Positions 1-13,336 of a stretch of DNA of 64,000 bases are shown here, piece by piece (the stretch's first letter is position 1; each line of letters opens with the position of its first letter). The notes beneath the pieces were generated by a model. The model did no database searches, was not told where the DNA came from, and saw nothing but the letters and a program-made list of their open reading frames with translations. Origin of the DNA: Balanoglossus misakiensis. Taxonomy: Eukaryota > Animalia > Hemichordata. A program made the position numbers and the translations under genes. Where the stretch lies: positions 4,886,206-4,950,205 of the forward strand of contig CM082587.2 in NCBI GenBank assembly GCA_040954595.2, in the 5' to 3' direction.

Positions 1-3000
1 ATTCAATTTCCTTCCAATTCAAAATTTGGTGATTTTTGGATAAAAACCATGGGTTATAGCTCATGAAATCCATCCCAGAAATGTAATTTCGACTGCGAAT
101 TCAAATTGGTGATTTTTGATAAAAACCATGGTTATAGCTCATGAAATCATCCAGAAATGTCAATTTTTCGACTTCGCGAAATTTCAAAATTTGGTGATTT
201 TGGATAAAACCATGGGTTATAGCTCATGAAAATCATCCAGAAATGTCAATTTTTCGACTTCGCGAAATTTCAAAATTGGTGGTTTTTTGGATAAAAACCA
301 TGGGTTATAGCTCATGAAAATCATCCAGAAATGTCAATTTTTCGACTTCGCGAAATTTCAAAATTTGGTGGTTTTTGGATAAAAACCATGGGTTATAGCT
401 CATGAAAATCATCCAGAAATGTCAATTTTTCGACTTCGCGAAATTTCAAAATTTGGTGTTTTTGGATAAAACCATGGGTTATAGCTCATGAAAATCATCC
501 AGAAATGTCAATTTTTCGACTTCGCGAAATTTCAAAATTTGGTGATTTTTGGATAAAAACCATGGGTTATAGCTCATGAAAATCATCCAGAAATGTCAAT
601 TTTTCGACTTCGCGAAATTTTCAAAATTTGGTGGTTTTTTGGATAAAAATCATGGGTTATAGCTCATGAAAATCATCCAGAAATGTCAATTTTTCGACTT
701 CGCGAAATTTCAAAATTTGGTGGTTTTTGGATAAAAACCATGGGTTATAGCTCATGAAAATCATCCAGAAATGTCAATTTTTCGACTACGCGAAATTTCA
801 AAATTTGGTGATTTTTGGATAAAAACCATGGGTTATAGCTCATGAAAATCATCCAGAAATGTCAATTTTTCGACTTCGCGAAATTTCAAAATTTGGTGGT
901 TTTTGGATAAAAACCATGGGTTATAGCTCATGAAAATCATCCAGAAATGTCAATTTTTCGACTTCGCGAAATTTCAAAATTTGGTGGTTTTTGGATAAAA
1001 AACATGGGTTATAGCTCATGAAAATCATCCAGAAATGTCAATTTTTCGACTTCGCGAAAATTCAAAATTTGGTGGTTTTTGGATAAAAACCATGGGTTAT
1101 AGCTCATGAAAATCATCCAGAAATGTCAATTTTTCGACTTCGCGAAATTTCAAAATTTGGTGGTTTTTGGATAAAAACCATGGGTTATAGCTCATGAAAA
1201 TCATCCAGAAATGTCAATTTTTCGACTTCGCGAAATTTCAAAATTTGGTGGTTTTTGGATAAAACCATGGGTTATAGCTCATGAAAATCATCCAGAAATG
1301 TCAATTTTTCGACTTCGCGAAATTTCAAAATTTGGTGGTTTTTGGATAAAAACCATGGGTTATAGCTCATGAAAATCATCCAGAAATGTCAATTTTTCGA
1401 CTTCGCGAAATTTCAAAATTTGGTGGTTTTTGGATAAAAACCATGGGTTATAGCTCATGAAAATCATCCAGAAATGTCAATTTTTCGACTTCGCGAAATT
1501 TCAAAATTTGGTGTTTTTTGGATAAAAACCATGGGTTATAGCTCATGAAAATCATCCAGAAATGTCAATTTTTCGACTTCGCGAAATTTCAAAATTTGGT
1601 GGTTTTGGATAAAAACCATGGGTTATAGCTCATGAAAATCATCCAGAAATGTCAATTTTTCGACTTCGCGAAATTTCAAAATTTGGTGGTTTTTGGATAA
1701 AAACCATGGGTTATAGCTCATGAAAATCATCCAGAAATGTCAATTTTCGACTTCGCGAAATTTCAAAATTTGGTGGTTTTTGGATAAAAACCATGGGTTA
1801 TAGCTCATGAAAATCATCCAGAAATGTCAATTTTTCGACTTCGCGAAATTTCAAAATTTGGTGGTTTTTGGATAAAAACCATGGGTTATAGCTCATGAAA
1901 ATCATCCAGAAATGTCAATTTTTCGACTTCGCGAAATTTCAAAATTTGGTGGTTTTTGGATAAAAACCATGGGTTATAGCTCATGAAAATCATCCAGAAA
2001 TGTCAATTTTTCGACTTCGCGAAATTTCAAAATTTGGTGGTTTTTGGATAAAAACCATGGGTTATAGCTCATGAAAATAATCCAGAAATGTCAATTTTTC
2101 GACTTCGCGAAATTTCAAAATTTGGTGGTTTTTGGATAAAAACCATGGGTTTATAGCTCATGAAAATCATCCAGAAATGTCAATTTTTCGACTTCGCGAA
2201 ATTTCAAAATTTGGTGGTTTTTGGATAAAAACCATGGGTTATAGCTCATGAAAATCATCCAGAAATGTCAATTTTCGACTTCGCGAAATTTCAAAATTTG
2301 GTGATTTTTGGATAAAAACCATGGGTTATAGCTCATGAAAATCATCCAGAAATGTCAATTTTTCGACTTCGCGAAATTTCAAATTTGGTGGTTTTTGGAT
2401 AAAACCCATGGGTTATAGCTCATGAAAATCATCCAGAAATGTCATTTTTCGACTTCGCGAAATTTCAAAATTTGGTGATTTTTGGATAAAAACCATGGGT
2501 TATAGCTCATGAAATCATCCAGAAATGTCAATTTTTCGACTTCGCGAAATTTCAAATTTGGTGATTTTTGGATAAAAACCATGGGTTATAGCTCATGAAA
2601 ATCATCCAGAAATGTCAATTTTCGACTTCGCGAAATTTCAAAATTTGGTGATTTTTGGATAAAAACCATGGGTTATAGCTCATGAAAATCATCCAGAAAT
2701 GTCAATTTTTCGACTTCGCGAAATTTCAAAATTTGGTGGTTTTTGGATAAAAACCATGGGTTATAGCTCATGAAAATCATCCAGAAATGTCAATTTTTCG
2801 ACTTCGCGAAATTTCAAAATTTGTGGTTTTTGGATAAAAACCATGGGTTTATAGCTCATGAAAATCATCCAGAAATGTCAATTTTTCGACTTCGCGAAAT
2901 TTCAAAATTTGGTGGTTTTTGGATAAAAACCATGGGTTATAGCTCATGAAAATCATCCAGAAATGTCAATTTTTCGACTTCGCGAAATTTCAAAATTTGG

Positions 3001-6000
3001 TGGTTTTTGGATAAAAACCATGGGTTATAGCTCATGAAAATCATCCAGAAATGTCAATTTTTCGACTTCGCGAAATTTCAAAATTTGGTGGATTTTTGGA
3101 TAAAAACCATGGGTTATAGCTCATGAAAATCATCCAGAAATGTCAATTTTTCGACTTCGCGAAATTTCAAAATTTGGTGGTATTTGGATAAAAACCATGG
3201 TTATAGCTCATGAAAATCATCCAGAAATGTCAATTTTTCGACTTCGCGAAATTTCAAAATTTGGTGGTTTTTTGGATAAAAACCATGGGTTATAGCTCAT
3301 GAAAATCATCCAGAAATGTCAATTTTTTCGACTTCGCGAAATTTCAAAATTTGGTGGTTTTTGGATAAAAACCATGGGTTATAGCTCATGAAAATCATCC
3401 AGAAATGTCAATTTTGTCGACTTCGCGAAATTTCAAAATTTGGTGGTTTTTGGATAAAAACCATGGGTTATAGCTCATGAAAATCATCCAGAAATGTCAA
3501 TTTTTCGACTTCGCGAAATTTCAAAATTTGGTGGTTTTTGGATAAAAACCATGGGTTATAGCTCATGAAAATCATCCAGAAATGTCAATTTTTCGACTTC
3601 GCGAAATTTCAAATTTGGTGGTTTTTGGATAAAAACCATGGGTTATAGCTCATGAAAATCATCCAGAAATGTCAATTTTTCGACTTCGCGAAATTTCAAA
3701 TTTGGTGGTTTTTGGATAAAAACCATGGGTTATAGCTCATGAAAATCATCCAGAAATGTCAATTTTTCGACTTCGCGAAATTTCAAATTTGGTGGTTTTT
3801 GGATAAAAACCATGGGTTATAGCTCATGAAAATCATCCAGAAATGTCAATTTTTCGACTTCGCGAAATTTCAAAATTTGGTGGTTTTTGGATAAAAACCA
3901 TGGGTTATAGCTCATGAAAATCATCCAGAAATGTCAATTTTTCGACTTCGCGAAATTTCAAAATTTGGTGGTTTTGGATAAAAACCATGGGTTATAGCTC
4001 ATGAAAATCATCCAGAAATGTCAATTTTTCGACTTCGCGAAATTTCAAATTTGGTGATTTTTGGATAAAACCATGGGTTATAGCTCATGAAAATCATCCA
4101 GAAATGTCAATTTTTCGACTTCGCGAAATTTCAAAATTTGGTGATTTTTGGATAAAAACATGGGTTATAGCTCATGAAAATCATCCAGAAATGTCAATTT
4201 TTCGACTTCGCGAAATTTCAAAATTTGGTGATTTTTGGATAAAAACCATGGGTTATAGCTCATGAAAATCATCCAGAAATGTCAATTTTTCGACTTCGCG
4301 AAATTTCAAAATTTGGTGGTTTTTGAATAAAAACCATGGGTTATAGCTCATGAAAATCATCCAGAAATGTCAATTTTTCGACTTCGCGAAATTTCAAAAT
4401 TTGGTGGTTTTTGGATAAAAACATGGTTTATAGCTCATGAAAATCATCCAGAAATGTCAATTTTTCGACTTCGCGAAATTTCAAAATTTGGTGGTTTTTG
4501 GATAAAAACCATGGGTTTATAGCTCATGAAAATCATCCAGAAATGTCAATTTTTCGACTTCGCGAAATTTCAAAATTTGGTGGTTTTTGGATAAAAACCA
4601 TGGGTTATAGCTCATGAAAATCATCCAGAAATGTCAATTTTTCGACTTCGCGAAATTTCAAAATTTGGTGGTTTTTGGATAAAAACCATGGGTTATAGCT
4701 CATGAAAATCATCCAGAAATGTCAATTTTTCGACTTCGCGAAATTCAAAATTTGGTGATTTTTGGATAAAAACCATGGGTTATAGCTCATGAAAATCATC
4801 CAGAAATGTCAATTTTTCGACTTCGCGAAATTTCAAAATTTGGTGATTTTTGGATAAAAACCATGGGTTTATAGCTCATGAAAATCATCCAGAAATGTCA
4901 ATTTTTCGACTTCGCGAAATTTCAAAATTTGGTGATTTTTGGATAAAACCGATGGGTTATAGCTCATGAAAATCATCCAGAAATGTCAATTTTTCGACTT
5001 CGCGGAAATTTCAAAATTTGGTGATTTTTGAATAAAAACCATGGGTTATAGCTCATGAAAATCATCCAGAAATGTCAATTTTTCGACTTCGCGAAATTTC
5101 AAAATTTGGTGGTTTTTGGATAAAAACCATGGGTTATAGCTCATGAAAATCATCCAGAAATGTCAATTTTTCGACTTCGCGAAATTTCAAAATTTGGTGG
5201 TTTTTGGATAAAAACCATGGGTTATAGCTCATGAAAATCATCCAGAAATGTCAATTTTTCGACTTCGCGAAATTTCAAAATTTGGTGGTTTTTGGATAAA
5301 AACCATGGGTTATAGCTCATGAAAATCATCCAGAAATGTCTATTTTTCGACTTCGCGAAATTTCAAAATTTGGTGGTTTGTGGATAAAAACCATGGGTTA
5401 TAGCTCATGAAAATCATCCAGAAATGTCAATTTTTCGACTTCGCGAAATTTCAAAATTTGGTGGTTTTTGGATAAAAACCATGGGTTATAGCTCATGAAA
5501 ATCATCCAGAAATGTCAATTTTTCGACTTCGCGAATTTCAAAATTTGGTGGTTTTTGGATAAAAACCATGGGTTATAGCTCATGAAAATCATCCAGAAAT
5601 GTCAATTTTTCGACTTCGCGAAATTCAAAATTTGGTGGTTTTTGGATAAAAACCATGGGTTATAGCTCATGAAAATCATCCAGAAATGTCAATTTTTCGA
5701 CTTCGCGAAATTTCAAAATTTGGTGGTTTTTGGATAAAAACCATGGGTTATAGCTCATGAAAATCATCCAGAAATGTCAATTTTTCGACTTCGCGAAATT
5801 TCAAAATTTGGTGATTTTGGATAAAAACCATGGGTTATAGCTCATGAAAATCATCCAGAAATGTCAATTTTTCGACTTCGCGAAATTTCAAAATTTGGTG
5901 GTTTTTGGATAAAAACCATGGGTTATAGCTCATGAAAATCATCCAGAAATGTCAATTTTTCGACTTCGCGAAATTTCAAAATTTGGTGGTTTTTGGATAA

Positions 6001-8540
6001 AAACCATGGGTTATAGCTCATGAAAATCATCCAGAAATGTCAATTTTTCGACTTCGCGAAATTTTCAAAATTTGGTGGTTTTTGGATAAAAACCATGGGT
6101 TATAGCTCATGAAAATCATCCAGAAATGTCAATTTTTCGACTTCGCGAAATTTCAAAATTTGGTGGTTTTGGATAAAAACCATGGGTTATAGCTCATGAA
6201 AATCATCCAGAAATGTCAATTTTTCGACTTCGCGAAATTTCAAAATTTTGGTGGTTTTTGGATAAAAACCATGGGTTATAGCTCATGAAAATCATCCAGA
6301 AATGTCAATTTTTCGACTTCGGCGAAATTTCAAAATTTGGATGTTTTTGGATAAAAACCATGGGTTATAGCTCATGAAAATCATCCAGAAATGTCAATTT
6401 TTCGACTTCGCGAAATTTCAAAATTTGGTGGTTTTTGGATAAAAACCATGGGTTATAGCTCATGAAAATCATCCAGAAATGTCAATTTTTCGACTTCGCG
6501 AAATTTCAAAATTTGGTGGTTTTTGGATAAAAACCATGGGTTATAGCTCATGAAAATCATCCAGAAATGTCAATTTTTCGACTTCGCGAAATTTCAAAAT
6601 TTGGTGATTTTTGGATAAAAACCATGGGTTATAGCTCATGAAAATCATCCAGAAATGTCAATTTTTCGACTTCGCGAAATTTCAAAATTTGGTGATTTTT
6701 GGATAAAAACCACGGGTTATAGCTCATGAAAATCATCCAGAAATGTCAATTTTTCGACTTCGCGAAATTTCAAAATTTGGTGATTTTTGGATAAAAACCA
6801 TGGGTTATAGCTCATGAAAATCATCCAGAAATGTCAATTTTTCGACTTCGCGAAATTTCAAAATTTGGTGGTTTTTGGATAAAAACCATGGGTTATAGCT
6901 CATGAAAATCATCCAGAAATGTCAATTTTTCGACTTCGCGAAATTTCAAAATTTGGTGGTTTTTGGATAAAAACCATGGGTTATAGCTCATGAAAATCAT
7001 CCAGAAATGTCAATTTTTCGACTTCGCGAAATTTCAAAATTTGGTGGTTTTTGGATAAAAACCATGGGTTATAGCTCATGAAAATCATCCAGAAATGTCA
7101 ATTTTTCGACTTCGCGAAATTTCAAAATTTGGTGATTTTTGGATAAAAACCATGGGTTATAGCTCATGAAAATCATCCAGAAATGTCAATTTTTCGACTT
7201 CGCGAAATTTCAAAATTTGGTGATTTTTGGATAAAAACCATGGGTTATAGCTCATGAAAATCATCCAGAAATGTCAATTTTTCGACTTCGCGAAATTTCA
7301 AAATTTGGTGATTTTTGGATAAAAACCTTGGGTTATAGCTCATGAAAATCATCCAGAAATGTCAATTTTTCGACTTCGCGAAATTTCAAAATTTGGTGAT
7401 TTTTGGATAAAAACCATGGGTTATAGCTCATGAAAATCATCCAGAAATGTCAATTTTTCGACTTCGCGAAATTTCAAAATTTGGTGATTTTTGGATAAAA
7501 ACCATGGGTTATAGCTCATGAAAATCATCCAGAAATGTCAATTTTTCGACTTCGCGAAATTTCAAAATTTGGTGATTTTTGGATAAAAACCATGGGTTAT
7601 AGCTCATGAAAATCATCCAGAAATGTCAATTTTTCGACTTCGCGAAATTTCAAAATTTGGTGATTTTTGGATAAAAACCATGGGTTATAGCTCATGAAAA
7701 TCATCCAGAAATGTCAATTTTTCGACTTCGCGAAATTTCAAAATTTGGTGATTTTTGGATAAAAACCATGGGTTATAGCTCATGAAAATCATCCAGAAAT
7801 GTCAATTTTTCGACTTCGCGAAATTTCAAAATTTGGTGATTTTTGGATAAAAACCATGGGTTATAGCTCATGAAAATCATCCAGAAATGTCAATTTTTCG
7901 ACTTCGCGAAATTTCAAAATTTGGTGGTTTTTGGATAAAAACCATGGGTTATAGCTCATGAAAATCATCCAGAAATGTCAATTTTTCGACTTCGCGAAAT
8001 TTCAAAATTTGGTGATTTTTGGATAAAAACCATGGGTTATAGCTCATGAAAATCATCCAGAAATGTCAATTTTTCGACTTCGCGAAATTTCAAAATTTGG
8101 TGGTTTTGGGATAAAAACCATGGGTTATAGCTCATGAAAATCATCCAGAAATGTCAATTTTTCGACTTCGCGAAATTTCAAAATTTGGTGATTTTTGGAT
8201 AAAAACCATGGGTTATAGCTCATGAAAATCATCCAGAAATGTCAATTTTTCGACTTCGCGAAATTTCAAAATTTGGTGGTTTTTGGATAAAAACCATGGG
8301 TTATAGCTCATGAAAATCATCCAGAAATGTCAATTTTTCGACTTCGCGAAATTTCAAAATTTGGTGGTTTTTGGATAAAAACCATGGGTTATAGCTCATG
8401 AAAATCATCCAGAAATGTCAATTTTTCGACTTCGCGAAATTTCAAAATTTGGTGGTTTTTGGATAAAAACCATGGGTTATAGCTCATGAAAATCATCCAG
8501 AAATGTCAATTTTTCGACTTTGCGAATTTTGAAAATTTAT
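1..8540. repeat. 88-bp tandem satellite array (~97 copies)
   Basis: Unit AAATTTCAAAATTTGGTG(G/A)TTTTTGGATAAAAACCATGGGTTATAGCTCATGAAAATCATCCAGAAATGTCAATTTTTCGACTTCGCG recurs with period 88 (e.g. CATGAAAATC at 841 and 929). The first ~250 bp are indel-rich, and the last unit (~8510-8540) is diverged. Confidence 0.99.
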
Positions 8541-9196
8541 ACAACGCTATTAATATACTGTATAATAACGCCCCTTGCTTGGTTTCCACTGATACCACAT
8601 CACGCGTTAGAGACTAGGATTGATCGATTCTTCATGAGGGGTTGACACAAGCGACTGCATTTCTACTTACCTGAGCTAGATAGACATCATTAAGCAAAGT
8701 ACCTCTCGCTGAAATGAGATAGTCCTGTGTTTTGTATTGATTTCGCTTTCGGGGGCAGGGTCACTTGTAACTGGGTGATGAGGTCAGTGAAAATGAATGG
8801 CGATAATTAGGAACATGTTTTCTTACAACACACACACATACACGAACACGCACGAAGATAAATGCAAGGAAAATTAGCATATTTATATTTTATTTTATTT
8901 TAATTCGTTTCATTTATTTTACAGTAAATAAAATGGTGTATTACAACCAAGGGAGTAAGAGTTTGTATACTGTTGAACTTCAGACGTCTATTCCAGGTAT
9001 ACTAATTAAAAAAAAACAATCTTACAGAAACATTACTCAAGAAAACATATTCAAACTTTCGCAGATACAGACGTCTTGGAAGAATACACTGATATCCAAA
9101 CTTGTGAAATACATGCAGAATCTAATGCCACGATCCAGGGGTTTACAAAAGTATTTGACTCAATGGCACAAATCGATTGGAAAAAAATAAAATATT

Positions 9197-9300
9197 CCGA
9201 TATTTTTGGATGATTTTCATGGCCTATAACCCATGATTTTTTTCAAAAAATGAAGAAATTTTGAAAATTCGGAAAGTCGAAAAATGTTTGGATGATTTTT
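9197..9300 (-). repeat. Diverged inverted copy (~1.2 units) of the 88-bp satellite
   Basis: The reverse complement reads ...AAAAATCATCCAAACATTTTTCGACTTTCCGAATTTTCAAAATTTCTTCATTTTTTGAAAAAAATCATGGGTTATAGGCCATGAAAATCATCCAAAAAT..., colinear with the satellite unit. Confidence 0.9.
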
Positions 9301-11073
9301 GATGCCTCAGATTGCCAATGTAAAATTATTCAAAACGGGAGACACCCTCTCTGTTATTGGTTTCGTAATACGCTAACAAATGTATGTTCCACATAACAAC
9401 GTTAAATGTGACAATAAATCATTAATTTATTGATCTCAGAATGGTCTACTATGCCGCACTGTATACGTGGGTTTGATAATGCCTGGCAGATCAATATCTC
9501 TATCTGCTAACGAAATCAGTACACTCGGCAGACAGGCCTGACAATGGCGGAATAAATGATATCATCCACTCGACAGATAATGTGACCCCGGGCATTGCAA
9601 GCTGGACTCCATACCCAGTTTCAGGAAATCATCCGGTATTGTTTCAACATGGACGATGATGGCGACGTGATTCGTGTTGAGAGATGGCACGACCCTGGAT
9701 TGCAAATGCACTGATTGTAAGCGACATGCCAGACTACGAAGGTGTGCAGTTTGCCAACTTTATACGGACACCTGTAAAATATATGGACACATCCAGAAAA
9801 AATGTTCATTGCCTACACTTTTTTTTCAATTGTCAAGGCGCAGGTAACATAAAGGGCAAGGCGATTCTGTGTCGACGTCTGCTATGCATGCTCGTCAGGT
9901 GACGAATGGTGTGATTGTTAACACGCTCATGTAATCCCGGCGTTTACCATGAAAAACTCGTTAGATGAAGACAAATTGTTTTACCAAACTAATAAATTAT
10001 CAGGGGTAGAGGCGTTGGCGGTTTTCAAAAAGCTATACTTAAACCAGAAATGATCAAGCAAGCAGCTGATGCCAAATGATGTATGACGCAACAGATTTCC
10101 ACCCTCGAAAGTGTGACCTCATTACATTTGTGAAAAGAATTAGCTTTTTTGTCGGATCGACCGTTTCAGTATTGCAAATCCACGACGGCTGGAGATGTGC
10201 GAGATTTATATGATAGTAAATGAAATGGCAGGCATGCTAGTAACTGAGAATGCCAGAGTAGCAAGCCATGGTAATTTAAACACGACACTGTTGATTACTC
10301 GCTGCCTCTTAGCGGTATACAACGTTACAGATCATTCTGCAAACGATTAATCACAGGGCGACATGGCTAAGATTTCACGTGTAGGTTGGTATTGGGTGAC
10401 TAGACTTCGGAATCGTTGATAAAGGGAAGGGAGTGGTCGACAAAAATCTACCCGTGTGTTTGACTTGATGTATTTTTAATAGTACCAGTAGCATGTGTGG
10501 TTTGCTCGTTAAAAGATTTATTAATGCCCTCATTCGGGGACATTGTTACTACGTGCTGTTTGAACCCTGGCATGCAGTAAGTGAGCCCAGGATGGTTCTG
10601 CTAATTCTTTGTAGGGACATTACCGTGCGTGTGGGCGTACTCGCGAAATCAGGCATATTGACGTGTTCTGTGGGTATACAATACTTTGTGATGAGCGACA
10701 GCCGGCATCTCTGAGGACAGTTTTAATAGCAGTTTTAATCGAACACAGCTGGCAATAAACTTTTTCCCCACTATGTTTGATTAACACAGCCGAACGACAT
10801 AGCACTATTTCATACTAGTGTTTTTAGTTTTTTATTACACGAAAAATGTGTACTTTGCGAAAAATTAAAACTTAGAACAGACTAGAATTCTGACGTCGAC
10901 TTATAAACGGACTCTTCATTCACTATAGTTTTCTCACCGTGCCATCGTGGCTTGTCTGATGTAATTAGCGCAAATCCAACTATTCAGTATAATTTTGATG
11001 TTTTTGTCTTCCTTTTCCATACTGCTTTGTAATTGCAACCCTTGTAATATATTAGTATACTGATTCCGCCTTA

Positions 11074-11170
11074 GGGAGTTTTCAATTATTATGGGCGAGG
11101 TGGGCTGGTTTGTAAAATAGGCCCCCTCCATTTGCCCCGGCCCACCCCTTCATAATAAGTAAAAGCTCCC
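11074..11170. mobile_element. 97-bp MITE, PIF/Harbinger-like
   Basis: Imperfect ~35-bp terminal inverted repeats (GGGAGTTTTCAATTATTATGGGCGAGGTGGGC versus the reverse complement of the right end GGGAGCTTTTACTTATTATGAAGGGGTGGGC), flanked by a TTA duplication at 11071-73 and 11171-73. Confidence 0.7.
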
Positions 11171-13336
11171 TTAGTCGGGGACCTGACGTGTTTTCTTTCA
11201 CAAGTGACAATTATCACTTGCGTCAGTGCTCCAGCTGTGTGTATCACCGAAGATAAATGAAGTGAAGATGTGTTCCCACGATGCACCTGTCTGATACAAG
11301 TCAAGAGTCGTCCCAACAGGGTTATTTTCAGCTCCGATGCTTGTAGGAGAATTCCACGGGGCCAACCACAGTGAAAACTAATGATGGTCGTAAACCGTGA
11401 CGTTCGCGGGAGCAGTTAAAGTTAATCGCGCTCTGAGTCCAAATATCAACGCCAAACAACATGTGGCTAATAAACACCAGAACCTTGCCTTGATTCGAAA
11501 GTATAAAAACCCGACAATAAATCTAAGCTTAGAACAACCTCGTTACAGAATCAGGATAACTTGTCCTCAGCTGAGTGGAGCTCTAATTGACAATTCGGCT
11601 TTGAAAAATCTGAAGCTTTGGCGTACACGGTCCGCGATTGAGATATATAGCAAGTTTTGAAAATTTTACATGATAATAACAGATATGTTATTCAATCGCA
11701 AATGTATTTTGAACTGTAAGTCACTGCATGATGAAGTCAGAGTACCATCTTTGTTCATGCATATCTGTACATATCTTGTAATCGAAAATAATTTAGGGAT
11801 GAAAAGGGGTAAACATAACATAATGTAGTAACTAAGGTATTCATTGACAACCGACATGGCGTCTCGAGCCGTACCATCCAGGTATGTGTCTTGAATCTGA
11901 TTTTTGCATTAGGCCTATACGTTGATTCAACCATACTTCAAGCAGAGTCCCTTTCAATGTGTTAGTTTCTAATCATCACCCAAGAACATTGCCGGTGCCC
12001 ACGCGAAGAATCTGCACGATTGGGAATTAAACACAAATACAGAACCGCGCTATAATTGCATTTCGTTTAGTCTCGCACAAGGAACTTCATCGGTCACAAC
12101 ACGAAAGGCAATTAGCATATAGAATGCTTCAGCGCAGAAAGAATACGAATTGAACTCAAAACATATGATGCCGTATACCGATTCACTACCTTTAATATCG
12201 ACATCACGATTCATGTCATGTTTGCTTTGGTAAGAAATCTACATAAGTTTTAAGATGTATGAATAAGTAAATTTGAAGCTTTGAGTGGTGGGAAATTGTA
12301 TTATTTTCCCATGAGACGCTGAAGGCTGTCAGCAATAACTGCAGTCATCTTCCGACAAGGTTAATTACATTTCAGAGTAAATTGAACAGCTTTGAAGTTT
12401 ATCTGTTAAGACTATATATTTTGATTGGTTTTTACTTTTAATCTAAATTCGTAGGACGAATGGTTTTATTGAATCTACATTCACATCACTTCGTCGCCAC
12501 TATTTTATATGTACATGTATGTGTATTCGGATAGTCTGCGAGTGAGAATTGTATCGGCATTGTGAGATTTCCGCCTTGCTTCCGTCGTGTCGGTCATTTT
12601 GAAATCATGTTTCTATATTTTGTTTCTTATTTTTCCAGCTTCCAAATATATATATATATAATTTGACCGTCATCAACATGTTATGCATACAGCAATGTAC
12701 AATGACATTCGGGAGTCAGGTGTACTATCCCAGAAGGATAACCACGTTAAACAGAGTGGGTGAGCTGACGGCTGCGCATCGTTGAAGCAGTACTGTCTAG
12801 TCAGTTGTAATTTTAAATTAGCTAAATGGAAATTTATTTCGCATAAAGTCTGCTCTCCCAAATCGGAACAATGATAAACGAATTACTCCCCTCAAAAAAT
12901 GCTTGCGTCAGGCATTTTTGCCTTTATTTGCTAATCCGGGCTATTATTACAATGCATCGGTCATCCCTGTCAGTTACGGTCATGCTAATGAGTTGAATCT
13001 GTAGTATTTAAATTGAGCGTAGCCGTAGTAGCCAATTGCGTGCTCAGACCCCTGCCTTGTTTTTCTGGAGCATGTATGGTCTACAGAATGCAATAGCTGA
13101 CAGTTGGTCTTCTGTGATTAATTATATATGTGGGATGCGTATGCAGTGTCACTGCTGCTGAATCAACTATTCGACCCGCATTTAATGAACATGGCAGTTG
13201 TCTGTTGGGAAGCGCTGTGGCGTTTCACAGCCACGATAAAAAACGCCGCGTCGTTGAAGTAACCGTTTTGTTGCCCGTTTAAAAGCCTATCGGTTTTGTA
13301 CGAACTCGCGTCGTCAACTTAAATTCATCGCCGACG

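Noticed and set aside
1-250. Diverged satellite monomers at the window start
   Set aside because: The differences are mostly homopolymer indels, typical of low-coverage read error at a contig end rather than biology.
1-8540. CRISPR-like or telomeric array
   Set aside because: There are no unique spacers, the context is eukaryotic and no TTAGGG-type unit is present. It is a plain tandem satellite.
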